DNA of 59,039 nucleotides, filler included. It is 4 parts of 4 records of this genome, joined end to end, with 100 filler letters (N's around TTAATTAATTAA, not from the genome) between each part and the next. Parts side by side here need not be neighbours in the genome. Positions count along the whole stretch, not along the records: positions 24,401 to 36,258 come from SRR22947725_495; positions 36,359 to 52,250 come from SRR22947725_500; 2 more parts are not named here. One strand, given 5' to 3'. Numbering within the stretch: the first letter of the stretch is position 1; every line of letters starts with the position of its first letter. Of this stretch, positions 27,512-38,065 are shown piece after piece. Below the pieces are notes generated by a model. That model saw nothing but the letters and a program-made list of their open reading frames with translations, did not search any database and had not been told where the DNA came from. Made by a program: the position numbers and the translations under genes.

Positions 27512-28708
27512 ATGAATAAAAAAATAGTCTTAGCATTTTCAGGCGGCCTTGATACTAGCTTCTGTATTCCATATCTGCTGGAGCAGAACTATGAAGTTCA
27601 TACACTCTTTGTAAATACAGGTGGAATATCAGCAAAAGAGGAGAGAGCCATCACAAAAAGAGCGATGGAGCTTGGTGCAAAAAAACATCTAAATATTAAT
27701 GTGGAAAAAAGTCTATGGTCTGAGATCTTAGCGCCATTGATCTATTCAGGTGCTTTGTATCAAAATAAGTATCCTGTGCTTTGTTCTGATAGATATTTGA
27801 TCGTAAAAGAGTCGATCAAACTATGTCAAAAACTTAAAACAAAAAATATAGCTCACGGTTGCACTGGCATGGGCAATGATCAGGTGAGATTTGATCTTTC
27901 AATTAGAGCTCATGGAAGTTTCAATATTATTACCCCAATCCGTGAAATTCAAAACATCACAAAAAATGTTCGAGCCTACGAAGAAGATTATCTAAAAGCT
28001 AAGGGCTTTAAGGTGCCATCACTGCATAAAAAATATAGCGTGAATGAAAATCTTATGGGAGCAACCATCTCTGGCTCTGAGATTGATGTTTGGGATGAGC
28101 CATCAAAGGAGAGCTTTGTTTTATGCAAGCAACCCCATCAGTACCCAAAAAAACCTAAGTCAATGAAGATTAAATTCTCTAAAGGAAAAGTTGTCGCCTT
28201 AAACGGCAATAAAATTTATGGCCCTGATCTTTTGCGTGATCTAAATAATATTGGCGGGTCATTTGGCATAGGTCGCTCGGTCTTTGCAAGTGACACCATC
28301 ATTGGCTTGAAAGGAAGATTTGTTTTTGAGGCTCCTGGCATATCAATCTTAATGTCTGCACACAGAGCTTTAGAAGAATCTGTTTTAACGGACAAGCAAA
28401 ATACTTTTAAAAGAGCTGTTGGGCAAGAATGGGTTAATCTTGTTTATCGTGGGTTTTTCTTTGAGCCCTTGAGAGAAAATCTAGAATCATTCTTAGTGGA
28501 CTCTCAAAAAAATGTTACAGGTGAAGTTTTGATTAATCTAAGCCCGGGCAAAGTTGAAGCATTAGCAGTTCAATCCAAAAATATTTTAAAAAGTCCAGAG
28601 GGAGCTTATGCGCAGTCAGCCACTTGGAGCGAAGCAGAGTCCAAGGGTTTTATTAAGCTGATAGGGCAAAGTACTTCTACTTGGTCATCGATCCATTATA
28701 AAAAATGA
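27512..28708 (+). CDS. argG: Argininosuccinate synthase
   Basis: VLAFSGGLDTS, AHGCTGMGNDQVRF and GLKGRFVFEAPG. Confidence 0.96.
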   Translation: MNKKIVLAFSGGLDTSFCIPYLLEQNYEVHTLFVNTGGISAKEERAITKRAMELGAKKHLNINVEKSLWSEILAPLIYSGALYQNKYPVLCSDRYLIVKESIKLCQKLKTKNIAHGCTGMGNDQVRFDLSIRAHGSFNIITPIREIQNITKNVRAYEEDYLKAKGFKVPSLHKKYSVNENLMGATISGSEIDVWDEPSKESFVLCKQPHQYPKKPKSMKIKFSKGKVVALNGNKIYGPDLLRDLNNIGGSFGIGRSVFASDTIIGLKGRFVFEAPGISILMSAHRALEESVLTDKQNTFKRAVGQEWVNLVYRGFFFEPLRENLESFLVDSQKNVTGEVLINLSPGKVEALAVQSKNILKSPEGAYAQSATWSEAESKGFIKLIGQSTSTWSSIHYKK

Positions 28709-29772
28709 ATACCGATCTAGGGCTATGCTTAAAACATCTTCAAGCTCTGGTTAGTTTCGATACCTCCAATCCTCCTAAAAACATTCAATCTTCTGGTTTA
28801 TTAGACCATTTGAATTCATTAAGTTATTTAAATCCCCAGGTTACTGATTTGGGAGATGGTTCCTTCAACATATTGCTTACCAAGGGTGACCCTAAGTACA
28901 TATTTAATGTTCACTTAGATACGGTGCCACCAGGAGAGGGTTGGATCACAGATCCTCACACTCTGTCTATTACTGATAAAAAAGCTATTGGCCTTGGGGC
29001 GTGTGACATCAAAGGCGCAGCAGCTTGCTTATTGACCCTGATCGAGCTTGGTCTTGACGATTACGCAGTTTTATTTTCAACGGATGAAGAGGCAGGTCAA
29101 AGCACTTGCATTAAAGAATTCATTAAAACGAAACCAAATTTTAAGGGAGTCATAGTTTCAGAGCCAACAAATAACTTAGGGGTAACATGTCACCGAGGAA
29201 TTTACACCGGAACCCAGGAATTTTATGGCATTGCTGGGCATAGCTCAGACCAAAGAGCCATGGAAGATAATGCAATTCATAAACTGACCAATTGGTGCCA
29301 TCATGCGTTGAATGCAGCACGTTCATTTGATAATGAAGCCATAGGACCCTTAAAAGGGTTAGCTTTTAATTTAGGTCTGATTGCGGGGGGCATTAAACCC
29401 AATATCATCGCTGATTCTGCAAGCATTAAATTTGGTTTTAGACCTCTGCCAGGCCAAAATATCGATTTCATTTTAAGCTCATTGCAAACAGAATCAAACT
29501 TGAATGAATCTTCCTTTACTCCAGGTTTTATTGCACCTGCTTTGCCAGCAAACGGGGATCTCAAGCCCTCAGAACTTATGTTGCAAGATCTCAGCCTGCC
29601 GCCATCAGAGCCAGTAAATTTCTGGACGGAAGCATCTTTATTCAGTGAGGCTGGATTACCTGCAATTGTTTTTGGTCCCGGAGATATTTCTAATGCGCAT
29701 CAACCCAATGAATACGTTGAGCTAAGACAGCTATCCCAAGCATTAAATATTTACAGAGAAATAGTGAAATGA
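28705..29772 (+). CDS. argE: Acetylornithine/acetylcitrulline deacetylase (M20 family)
   Basis: HLDTVP, GLGACDIKG, TDEE, SEPT and GPGDI..AH. Confidence 0.9.
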   Translation: MNTDLGLCLKHLQALVSFDTSNPPKNIQSSGLLDHLNSLSYLNPQVTDLGDGSFNILLTKGDPKYIFNVHLDTVPPGEGWITDPHTLSITDKKAIGLGACDIKGAAACLLTLIELGLDDYAVLFSTDEEAGQSTCIKEFIKTKPNFKGVIVSEPTNNLGVTCHRGIYTGTQEFYGIAGHSSDQRAMEDNAIHKLTNWCHHALNAARSFDNEAIGPLKGLAFNLGLIAGGIKPNIIADSASIKFGFRPLPGQNIDFILSSLQTESNLNESSFTPGFIAPALPANGDLKPSELMLQDLSLPPSEPVNFWTEASLFSEAGLPAIVFGPGDISNAHQPNEYVELRQLSQALNIYREIVK

Positions 29773-31079
29773 ATTCACAATCCCCACTATTTATTAAGGA
29801 CACAATTCTAAAGTTGTTAGGTGCGATTGGCTCCGAGAAAGAAATTAAGAAATACATTGAAAAATATTCTTCACCTGAGCAGAGGTTTGCCATTATTAAG
29901 GTTGGCGGCTCAGTTATTCAAAATGATTTAGATAATTTAGTTACATCTTTAGTGTTTCTAGATCAGGTAGGATTAAAGCCAGTGATCTTGCATGGAGCAG
30001 GCCCCATGCTTTCTGCTGAATTAGATAATTTGGGTATTGATTTCTCATTTATTGATGGTCAACGCGTTACATCTCCCCAGGTTCGTGATGTTGCCCAACG
30101 CATTTTCAAACAAACCAATAATCAAATTGTTGAAGCTCTTAACCTGCTGGGTGCCAATGCTGTAGGGCTAACATCAGATATATTTGAGTGCAAAATAAGC
30201 AAGCCTGCGCTGGGGCTGGTAGGTGAGATTGCTCAGGTAAATTTAGAGTCAATCAATCATGCTTTAGAAGCTGGGGCAATACCTGTGATAGCGCCCATTG
30301 GAGCAGAGGGTACCGAGATCTTAAATATCAATGCCGATATAGCTTCAGTGGAGTTAGTGAAGGCAATGAATCCCTACAAAGTGATATTTTTATCTGAAAC
30401 AGGGGGCATCTTCAATCAATCAAATAAGCTTATAGAAACCATTAACTTAGTGCTTGAGTATGATGATTTGATGCAACAAGATTGGTTGCATTCAGGCATG
30501 AAATTAAAATTAGAGCAGGTTAAAACAGTGCTAGATCATTTGCCGAAAACTTCTTCAGTTTCTATTACACAGCCAATTAATTTACCAAAAGAATTATTTA
30601 CAGACTCAGGCTCTGGAACCCTGGTCAAGCATGGTTACAAGGTAGATCAGTTCAAGCAACCAGATCATCAAACTCAAGCCCACTTTAAAGCTATTATCGA
30701 ATCTTCCTTTGATGGCAAGCTTGTTGATAATTTTTTTGATAATTCGAATGATTTACAAATTTTTATGACTGCTTGTAAGAGGGCGACCATAGCCATCTCC
30801 AATGAATTTAATATTCCTTACATGGATAAGTTCGGAGTGATTCCTGAGGCAAAAGGAGAGGGCTTGGGTGCAGGCATATGGCATGAGATGCGCAAGACAT
30901 ATCCTCAAGTTTTTTGGCGCTCAAGATCAAGCAACCCAATCAATAAGTTCTATTCTTCAATTTGCGAAGGCTGTCAAAAAAATTCAGATTGGCATGTATT
31001 TTGGATTGGTATTTCCGACTACACATTGCTTAAAGATTGCATTGAATATGCTTTGAATAAACCGAAGAGTGTTATTTAA
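29769..31079 (+). CDS. argB: Acetylglutamate kinase fused to a DUF619/NAT domain (bifunctional NAGS-K type)
   Basis: IKVGG, LHGAGP, NINAD, ELFTDSGSGTL linker and C-terminal YMDKFGV..EAKGEGLG...FWRSR. Confidence 0.9.
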   Translation: MNSQSPLFIKDTILKLLGAIGSEKEIKKYIEKYSSPEQRFAIIKVGGSVIQNDLDNLVTSLVFLDQVGLKPVILHGAGPMLSAELDNLGIDFSFIDGQRVTSPQVRDVAQRIFKQTNNQIVEALNLLGANAVGLTSDIFECKISKPALGLVGEIAQVNLESINHALEAGAIPVIAPIGAEGTEILNINADIASVELVKAMNPYKVIFLSETGGIFNQSNKLIETINLVLEYDDLMQQDWLHSGMKLKLEQVKTVLDHLPKTSSVSITQPINLPKELFTDSGSGTLVKHGYKVDQFKQPDHQTQAHFKAIIESSFDGKLVDNFFDNSNDLQIFMTACKRATIAISNEFNIPYMDKFGVIPEAKGEGLGAGIWHEMRKTYPQVFWRSRSSNPINKFYSSICEGCQKNSDWHVFWIGISDYTLLKDCIEYALNKPKSVI

Positions 31080-32015
31080 ATGGATGTTAAAAAAATTGGA
31101 TTATTAGGCGGCAGAGGTTATGTAGGCCAAGAAATATTTGAGCTTGTAAATAATCATCCTAAACTCTCTATCACTTCTGTCTATTCCTCATCGCAAGCAG
31201 GTCTTTCAGTGCCAGGTGCCGCCCAAAATAATCCTCTAAGTTACCTATCAATGGATTTAACTAATTTAGAGTTAGGTGATGAAGATGCATATGTGTTAGC
31301 ACTTCCAAATGGCCAATCGAACAGTTATGTCGATAAAATCCTGGAGCATAATCCAGAGGCTATTTTGCTAGACATAAGCTCTGACCATCGATTCAATGCT
31401 GATTGGGAATATCGACTTCCCGAGCTCTCAGAGCCCGTCTCTGCAACTAAAATAAGTAATCCAGGATGTTATGCTACTGCCATGCAGCTTATGCTGGTGC
31501 CCCTTGTAGATAAAATTAGCGGCCCCGTTAATTTTTTTGGTATTTCTGGCTATAGCGGGGCAGGAGCATCACCAAATCCTCGAAACGATAAAGAGCTCCT
31601 TTCTAATAACATACTGGCCTACTCCATGATTAACCACCTGCATGAGCAAGAGGTCAAGCATCAAATGTACAAGGAGATTTTTTTCACACCACATGTAGCT
31701 GAATTTTTCAGAGGCATTCATATGACAGGCAATATTATTATGAAAGATTCAATGTCCGCAGATGATACTAAGAAAGTTTTTCAAGATTTTTATACTGATA
31801 TGTCGTTGATAAAAGTGCAACATCCTGCTCCAGATCTCCAGCAGGTAAGAGGAACTTCTTTTGCTTTAATAGGTGGCTTTGAAGCTGACATAAACTCTAA
31901 AAGACTGACTTTTTGCTGCACTATTGATAACCTGCTAAAAGGCGCTGCAACCCAAGCAGTGCAAAATCTTAATAGTGTATTTGGCTGGGATGATAATTTA
32001 GGGATTATTGAATAA
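31080..32015 (+). CDS. argC: N-acetyl-gamma-glutamyl-phosphate reductase
   Basis: GGRGYVG, LALP, SSDHRF, NPGCYATA, SGYSGAG and DNLLKGAATQA. Confidence 0.95.
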   Translation: MDVKKIGLLGGRGYVGQEIFELVNNHPKLSITSVYSSSQAGLSVPGAAQNNPLSYLSMDLTNLELGDEDAYVLALPNGQSNSYVDKILEHNPEAILLDISSDHRFNADWEYRLPELSEPVSATKISNPGCYATAMQLMLVPLVDKISGPVNFFGISGYSGAGASPNPRNDKELLSNNILAYSMINHLHEQEVKHQMYKEIFFTPHVAEFFRGIHMTGNIIMKDSMSADDTKKVFQDFYTDMSLIKVQHPAPDLQQVRGTSFALIGGFEADINSKRLTFCCTIDNLLKGAATQAVQNLNSVFGWDDNLGIIE

Positions 32016-33301
32016 TGAAAATTTGGAATAAAAATATTAAAACCTCCAACTCATCGATTGATGTTTTTTTATCTGGTGAAGATATTGTGCTAGATCAAGA
32101 GTTATTTCTTTATGACATTGAAGCTTCTATTGCCCATGCTGAAGAGCTTAAAGCAATTAATATTTTGAATGCCTCCGAGTTTAAAAAAATGGTTTCTGCG
32201 CTAAAAAAACTTGCGAAATTATTTTCAATGAATAAATTTAAACTCACCAAAAAATATGAAGATTGCCATTCAGCAATAGAAGATTTTCTCATTAAAGAGT
32301 TAGGTGACTTGGGAAAAAAAATTCACACCGGCAGAAGCCGAAATGATCAGGTATTAGTTGCTATGCGGCTTTATGCCAGAGATCATCTTCAGGAAATTCA
32401 AGCATTAAACCTAAAAATCGCTCAAGCCTTTTTAGATAAAGCATCTAAGTATTCAACAGACATCATGCCTGGTTACACTCATATGCAAAGAGCCATGCCA
32501 TCTACATGGGGTCTTTGGTTTGGAGCTTTTGCAGAGTCTTTTATCGATAACGCAGAATTACTACAAAACACTCAGTCCTGGATGAATGTTAATCCTTTGG
32601 GCGCGGCAGCTGGTTATGGAGTTAATCTCCCGATTAAAAGAGAAATCAGCACAAAAAAATTAGAATTTAAAAGAAAGCAACTCAATAGCCTCTATGTACA
32701 AAATAGCAGAGGAAAGTTTGAGTTAGAGCTTTTGGGTTCTCTGAAACAGCCTATGCTGGATGTTCGTAAATTCTCTTGGGACATAAGCTTATTCGTCACT
32801 CAAGAATTTAACCTTTTAAGTTTAGATTCTAAATACTCAACTGGCTCATCCATCATGCCAAATAAATCCAACCCCGATGTCATTGAAGTTATGCGCGCTA
32901 ACTATTCTATTTTAGCTGGACATTATTCTGAGTTAGAGAATTTAATTTCACTTCCAAGTGGCTATCACCGCGATTTGCAATTGACTAAAAGATCTCTTAT
33001 TCATTCATTGCTTGCTGTGCATGGATCCTTGTCGTTATTACCTGACCTCATCAAATCAATCAAGATTAATAAAGTCAGATCTCTTGATTTTGTTGACGAT
33101 GATATGAAGATGACTGACCAGGCCTATGACTTAGTTCAGTCTGGAGTACCCTTTAGGGATGCATATATGATCGTGAAGGACAATCTGAGTGGGAATACAA
33201 CAACGCCCCCTAAATCTGCCAAACAATTTTCTTCTGGCTCTCCGATGAATTTAGAACTACAAGTATTAAGCGCAAGGCTTAAGAAATTATCTAAGAGTTA
33301 G
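32015..33301 (+). CDS. argH: Argininosuccinate lyase
   Basis: HTGRSRNDQV, MPGYTHMQRA, GSSIMPNKSNPD and GYHRDLQ. Confidence 0.96.
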   Translation: MKIWNKNIKTSNSSIDVFLSGEDIVLDQELFLYDIEASIAHAEELKAINILNASEFKKMVSALKKLAKLFSMNKFKLTKKYEDCHSAIEDFLIKELGDLGKKIHTGRSRNDQVLVAMRLYARDHLQEIQALNLKIAQAFLDKASKYSTDIMPGYTHMQRAMPSTWGLWFGAFAESFIDNAELLQNTQSWMNVNPLGAAAGYGVNLPIKREISTKKLEFKRKQLNSLYVQNSRGKFELELLGSLKQPMLDVRKFSWDISLFVTQEFNLLSLDSKYSTGSSIMPNKSNPDVIEVMRANYSILAGHYSELENLISLPSGYHRDLQLTKRSLIHSLLAVHGSLSLLPDLIKSIKINKVRSLDFVDDDMKMTDQAYDLVQSGVPFRDAYMIVKDNLSGNTTTPPKSAKQFSSGSPMNLELQVLSARLKKLSKS

Positions 33302-33345
33302 ATCTTTTTGCTTTTCATTTTTTAATATGAGAGTATTAACTTAGA

Positions 33346-33474
33346 ATGAATAAGGCTATAAGAATTCAAAAATCTGAAGCTGCTAGAAATAAACGTCACA
33401 CAAGACGCGATATTGCTAACCAAAAACTTCTTAATGAGTACGCAAAATTAAGAAAGCTAAAAAAAAGTAAGTAA
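33346..33474 (+). CDS. Candidate 42-aa basic small protein
   Basis: MNKAIRIQKSEAARNKRHTRRDIANQKLLNEYAKLRKLKKSK*; fills the gap after argH. Confidence 0.55.
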   Translation: MNKAIRIQKSEAARNKRHTRRDIANQKLLNEYAKLRKLKKSK

Positions 33475-33574
33475 TTAGAAGCAGCTCCATAAATTTTCAT
33501 GCATATCTATTGCAAGGATATTTCTTAATATAAATACTCTTGCAAATTGAGTGCTTGAGACCTTTAATATCTCT

Positions 33575-33973
33575 ATGAGTGAAACTAAAAAATTCTTAGA
33601 CAGATGGTATCAAGGCTATCGATCTGATGATCCACAATTCTTAGAAGAGATACTAGATGAGTCTGTGGTTTTCTCTTCGCCAGTGGTCTTTAAGCCCATT
33701 GAGGGCAAAGAGATGACAAAACTCTATTTAATGGGCGCAGGCATTACTTTTAATATGGATAAGTTCTCTTATGTGCGCGAGGTCATTGATGGCCTAGATG
33801 TTATTTTAGAATTTGAGACTTTTATAGATGATATTTCAGTTAATGGCGTTGATATGATCCGTTGGAATGCTGAGGGAAAAATTATTGATTTCAAAGTGAT
33901 GGTCAGACCTTTGCAGGCAATTCATAAGCTTCAGCAAAAAATGTCTGAGGCTTTAGATTCATTTAAACCCTAG
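33575..33973 (+). CDS. SnoaL/NTF2-like protein
   Basis: VVFSSPVV, LEFET, VNGVDMI.W...GKI.DFKVMVRPL; ATG 33575 preferred to GTG 33551. Confidence 0.85.
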   Translation: MSETKKFLDRWYQGYRSDDPQFLEEILDESVVFSSPVVFKPIEGKEMTKLYLMGAGITFNMDKFSYVREVIDGLDVILEFETFIDDISVNGVDMIRWNAEGKIIDFKVMVRPLQAIHKLQQKMSEALDSFKP

Positions 33974-34018
33974 ATGCACTTGAATCCATATTCCAAGCTT
34001 CTGCTCGATATTTCAAGC

Positions 34019-34047
34019 AAAAAAAAGGAGCTCTATTGAGCTCCTTT
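34019..34047 (-). terminator. Intrinsic (probably bidirectional) terminator between convergent genes
   Basis: AAAGGAGCTC-TATT-GAGCTCCTTT with an A run on the left (U tract on the minus strand). Confidence 0.85.
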
Positions 34048-34076
34048 AAATAATTACTTATCTAGCGTTACATAAA

Positions 34077-36258
34077 CTAGAACGAATAATTAAGGGTTAA
34101 GCCATAAGACTTAAATGGATTAGGGTAACCAAAAAATGATGTTGAAGTTGGATCTGCCACAGCCGGAAAGACCGATATCAGATATTCATCGTCAGTAATA
34201 TTTTTACCCCACAAAGTAAGTGAAAGGTTGCCTTTGTTAATTCCAGCAGAGAAATTTAACGTATCCTGCTCTTTTCGTCCATTGCCAGTGGCATCTACTA
34301 TGGCTTGCCAAGCAGCATTTTCAATTAATTTAACTTCACTCGAATACAAATGGCTCAGTCTCACATAACCATCGTACTGACCTCTATTCCAATTCCAAGT
34401 TGCTGTTGTGGATAGAGTTTCTTCTGGGATATTCGAAGGCATAGTTCCTGATAAATCTCCAGAAGCTGAGGAAGGGAAAGAGTCATAGATTGGATCCATT
34501 ATTAGCCCGCTGATTGCTAGGTCAATACTTTCAATGGGTGAAAAGAATAGATCAAACTCTACGCCGTCTGCTGACTGTGAGCCTGCGTTTGCTAAAACAA
34601 ACCCTGTACCAACGAAAGTGTTTGACTGAAAACCTTTAATTGTTTGATCAAACATAGCAATATTCAAATAACCATTTGGTAAATAAATTTTAGCTCCTAA
34701 TTCAAAGACTTCAGCCTCTTCAGGATTTGCATACCTTGTTCCAACGCCAGTGTTTGGGCCTGCAGGAGTTCCAGCTGCGATCAAAGCAGCTTTCTCTGTT
34801 GCATCTGGCCTAGAGTCTCGAGAGATATTCCAAGCAGTTGCTTTAAATCCAGTAGAAACACCACCATAGATGTTTACAGCATCGTTTAATGCATAGGAAA
34901 GTTTAGCTGTGTAATCAACGTTATCATCTTTGCTTTTTCCATCCTGAGCAGCATTAGGGAAATTAACAAATTGAGGTATAAATTGAAGTGCTTGAAGGGG
35001 AAGCAATGCATTGAAGGCTGGATCTAAAGCAAGGACAGCTGCTTGTGCTGGGGGAAAACCTGCTGCAATTAAGCCCATTGTTCCTGCGCCAACAAAATCA
35101 AGATTTGAAAAAACTGCTGTATTGATTTGGTTGTAGGAAACTGCTTTCTCGTCCTCAATATAGCTGACCCCCAAAAGGGCGTTTAATTTTTCAGATACTT
35201 GAATGTCTACTTGAGCAAACAAAGACATAGTTGAATTGTCTTGAGTAGAAGTCTCTGTATTACCTTGACCGCCCGCAAAAAGTGAAGAATTGGGTAGGCC
35301 AAAAGCTGCAGCTACACCGGCTAGTGCGCCAGGTAGAAATGCATCAATGTAGGGTCTCCACATAGGACCAAAGTAGATTGATTCATTGAAGTCCATGTCT
35401 TCTTGGTAATAGAAACCACCTACAAGCCAATTCACTCTTTCATTGTCCTCAGAGTACCATCTAATTTCTTGTGTCATTCCTGACAATTCTTTTGAGATTG
35501 GTGAAGGAGCAATAACGTTAGCTGAATCGAAATCAACATCTTGAACCTCATAGTTGTCAGAGGTTCTGTAGGAAGTAATACTTTCAAGAGTAGTATTGCT
35601 AAAGTTTTTTTCTATGTGCACTGAAAGCCCAGCATTTTCTCCATTTGAAGTTGGATCAAAGTCATAAAATGCTTTCTTCGTATAAGGATCGTTAGGTATT
35701 ACTTTTCCTCCCATTGCCGCAATAACTTGATTGGCTGCTCCATAAGCTGTGCTGCCGACAATACAACATATTTCATCAAATTCATCATAATCAGCAGTTA
35801 TCCTTACAGATAAATCATCGGATGGAGCATATAAAAGTTCAGATCTAAAGCCAAACCTATCTCTGTCACCAACTGGATTTCCCGTAGTAGGATTATCTGC
35901 TTGACCGTCTCTTGTATTTACGTTTGCACTAAAGCTATAGGCTAGAGCTTCACTCATTGGGCCGGTAGTGTAGATGCTAGCTTTTTTCGAGTTGTAATTA
36001 CCCAATTCTGTTTTCAGTGAAGTAAATTTCTCAAATGATGGTTTTTTCGTAACAATATTTACAACACCAGCCGATGCATTCTTTCCAAACAATGTGCTTT
36101 GGGGACCTCTTAATACTTCAATACGCTCAAGCATTGGGAGATCTGATATCTGACCTTGGATTTTAGAACGATAAACACCATCCACAAATACAGCAACTGA
36201 TGGCTCAACACCTGGATTATTAGAACCGTTACCAAAACCTCTAATAAAAAAAGTAGCA
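34077..36258 (-). CDS. TonB-dependent receptor, 5'-truncated by the contig edge
   Basis: Frame extends upstream as FFIRGFG...EPSVAVFVDGVY; ERIEVLRGPQSTLFG plug motif; terminal YGLTLNYSF. Confidence 0.93.
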
Positions 36259-36358
36259 NNNNNNNNNNNNNNNNNNNNNNNNNNNNNNNNNNNNNNNNNN
36301 NNTTAATTAATTAANNNNNNNNNNNNNNNNNNNNNNNNNNNNNNNNNNNNNNNNNNNN
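36259..36358. other. Artificial contig spacer
   Basis: N44-TTAATTAATTAA-N44. Confidence 0.98.
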
Positions 36359-36360
36359 TT

Positions 36361-36549
36361 ACTAAAGTTATGAACTTGATTAAAGATTCCAAGTTAGAGA
36401 ATGTTCTAGTTACTGGCGGTGGTATTATTCCAAAAGAAGATAGTGATGCACTTGCTAAAATTGGTGTGGGAGAATTATTTGGACCTGGAACACCCGTTCA
36501 AATGTCTTTAGATTATATTGAAAAATGGGTTAAAGAAAATCGAAGATGA
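36361..36549 (+). CDS. 3' fragment of a methylmalonyl-CoA mutase-type cobalamin-binding domain (absent from the ORF track)
   Basis: Translates as ...VLVTGGGIIPKED..AL.KIGVGELFGPGTP...RR*. Confidence 0.85.
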   Translation, partial: TKVMNLIKDSKLENVLVTGGGIIPKEDSDALAKIGVGELFGPGTPVQMSLDYIEKWVKENRR

Positions 36550-36968
36550 TTTCAAATATCCACACTACTTATCTTAAAGGCGAAAAAGCATTTAATAATA
36601 AAAAATTCACTGAGGCAAAAAAACATCTTATATCTGTTATTGAACATGATACAAATTATTATGCTGCCTATCTTTTATTATTTGAAATATTAAATAAATC
36701 ACAATCTTCTTTATTAAAAGAAGTCGTAACAAAACTAAAAAGGCTCAATCCAGAAATTGTTCTTGATTATCAACCAGTATCTAAGCCTAAAAAAAATAGA
36801 AAAAATACAGCTCTAGTCACAATGTCATATATCAAATTAATGATACTGCAAGGTAAAACTATTCAGGCAAAAAGAAGTTTGAATACGATTATTAATCATG
36901 GAAAAACAAAGAAACAAGTTTTAGAAGCTCAAAATATGTTAAAGAATTTTAATCAAAAAAAGGACTAA
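36546..36968 (+). CDS. Hypothetical TPR-like helical protein
   Basis: Y.KG..AF..K.F.EAK..L and YAAYLLL helical repeat pattern. Confidence 0.5.
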   Translation: MISNIHTTYLKGEKAFNNKKFTEAKKHLISVIEHDTNYYAAYLLLFEILNKSQSSLLKEVVTKLKRLNPEIVLDYQPVSKPKKNRKNTALVTMSYIKLMILQGKTIQAKRSLNTIINHGKTKKQVLEAQNMLKNFNQKKD

Positions 36969-36970
36969 AT

Positions 36971-38059
36971 ATGAGTGCAGAATATTTTATAAGAAGACAA
37001 GATAAGTTGCGTACAGTGCTAGCAGAAAAAAATGTAGATGGTATGCTAATCACTAACATGATCCACATTAAGTATTTATGTGGATTTGGTGGATCTAGCG
37101 GTTCTTTATTAGTAGGCCTAGACAATTCGGAGTTTATTACGGATGGTAGATATGTTGTTCAATCTAAGAATGAAGTAAGAGGCGCTAATATTACAATCGA
37201 TAGTATTCCCCACTTACAAGTAATTAAAAATAAAAACTTTCTATCGAGTGGGCAAACTATAGGATTTGACGGTAAAAATGTGTCCCATCAAATGTTTTCT
37301 GATATAAGTAATATCTTACCTCATGTAAAATGGGAAAATATAGTTGGATGCGTAGAGACTTTAGCGATGGAAAAGGACAAAAAGGAAATTGAAGCACTTA
37401 AAACAGCGGTAGAAATTACAGATAAGGCATTTGCAGAGGTATTCCCAATGATCAAAATTGGCGTAGAAGAACAGGAAATTGCTAACCAACTATCATTTCT
37501 ATATCGTAAGTACGGAGATGCAGATGCAGATGCATTCTCACCAATTGTTGGTAGTGGACCCCATTCAGCTATGCCCCATCAAAGGCCAACGGACAAGAAA
37601 ATTGGTCCAGGAGAATTAGTTGTTATTGATTCGGGAGCGAAATATGCAGGTTATCATGCAGACATGACTCGTACAGTAGCCACTAAAGGATATTCAGAGC
37701 AACAAAAAGAAATTTATGATATTGTTTTAGAAGCTCAACTCAAAAGTATTCAAGGAATTAAAGCCGGAGCTTCATGTAAAGCAATTGATACAATTGCACG
37801 AGCACATATTACTAATGCCGGATATGGTAAATACTTTGATCATGGATTAGGTCACTCTTTAGGCCTCGAAATTCATGAAGATCCTAGATTTAGTAAGGTT
37901 AGTACAGATAGTCTAAAGTCTAACTATGTAATGACCGTAGAGCCTGGTATATATATTGAAGATGTAGGTGGTGTACGTATTGAAGATGATATCGTTGTTA
38001 CAGATGATGGCCATATTGTCCTTAACAAGACATCTAAAGATTTCACAGTAATTTCTTAA
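36971..38059 (+). CDS. Xaa-Pro peptidase (M24B family)
   Basis: FITDGRY, IDSGA.Y.GY.ADMTRT, HGLGHSLGLEIHE, TVEPGIY and GGVRIEDD. Confidence 0.92.
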   Translation: MSAEYFIRRQDKLRTVLAEKNVDGMLITNMIHIKYLCGFGGSSGSLLVGLDNSEFITDGRYVVQSKNEVRGANITIDSIPHLQVIKNKNFLSSGQTIGFDGKNVSHQMFSDISNILPHVKWENIVGCVETLAMEKDKKEIEALKTAVEITDKAFAEVFPMIKIGVEEQEIANQLSFLYRKYGDADADAFSPIVGSGPHSAMPHQRPTDKKIGPGELVVIDSGAKYAGYHADMTRTVATKGYSEQQKEIYDIVLEAQLKSIQGIKAGASCKAIDTIARAHITNAGYGKYFDHGLGHSLGLEIHEDPRFSKVSTDSLKSNYVMTVEPGIYIEDVGGVRIEDDIVVTDDGHIVLNKTSKDFTVIS

Positions 38060-38065
38060 AAAAAA

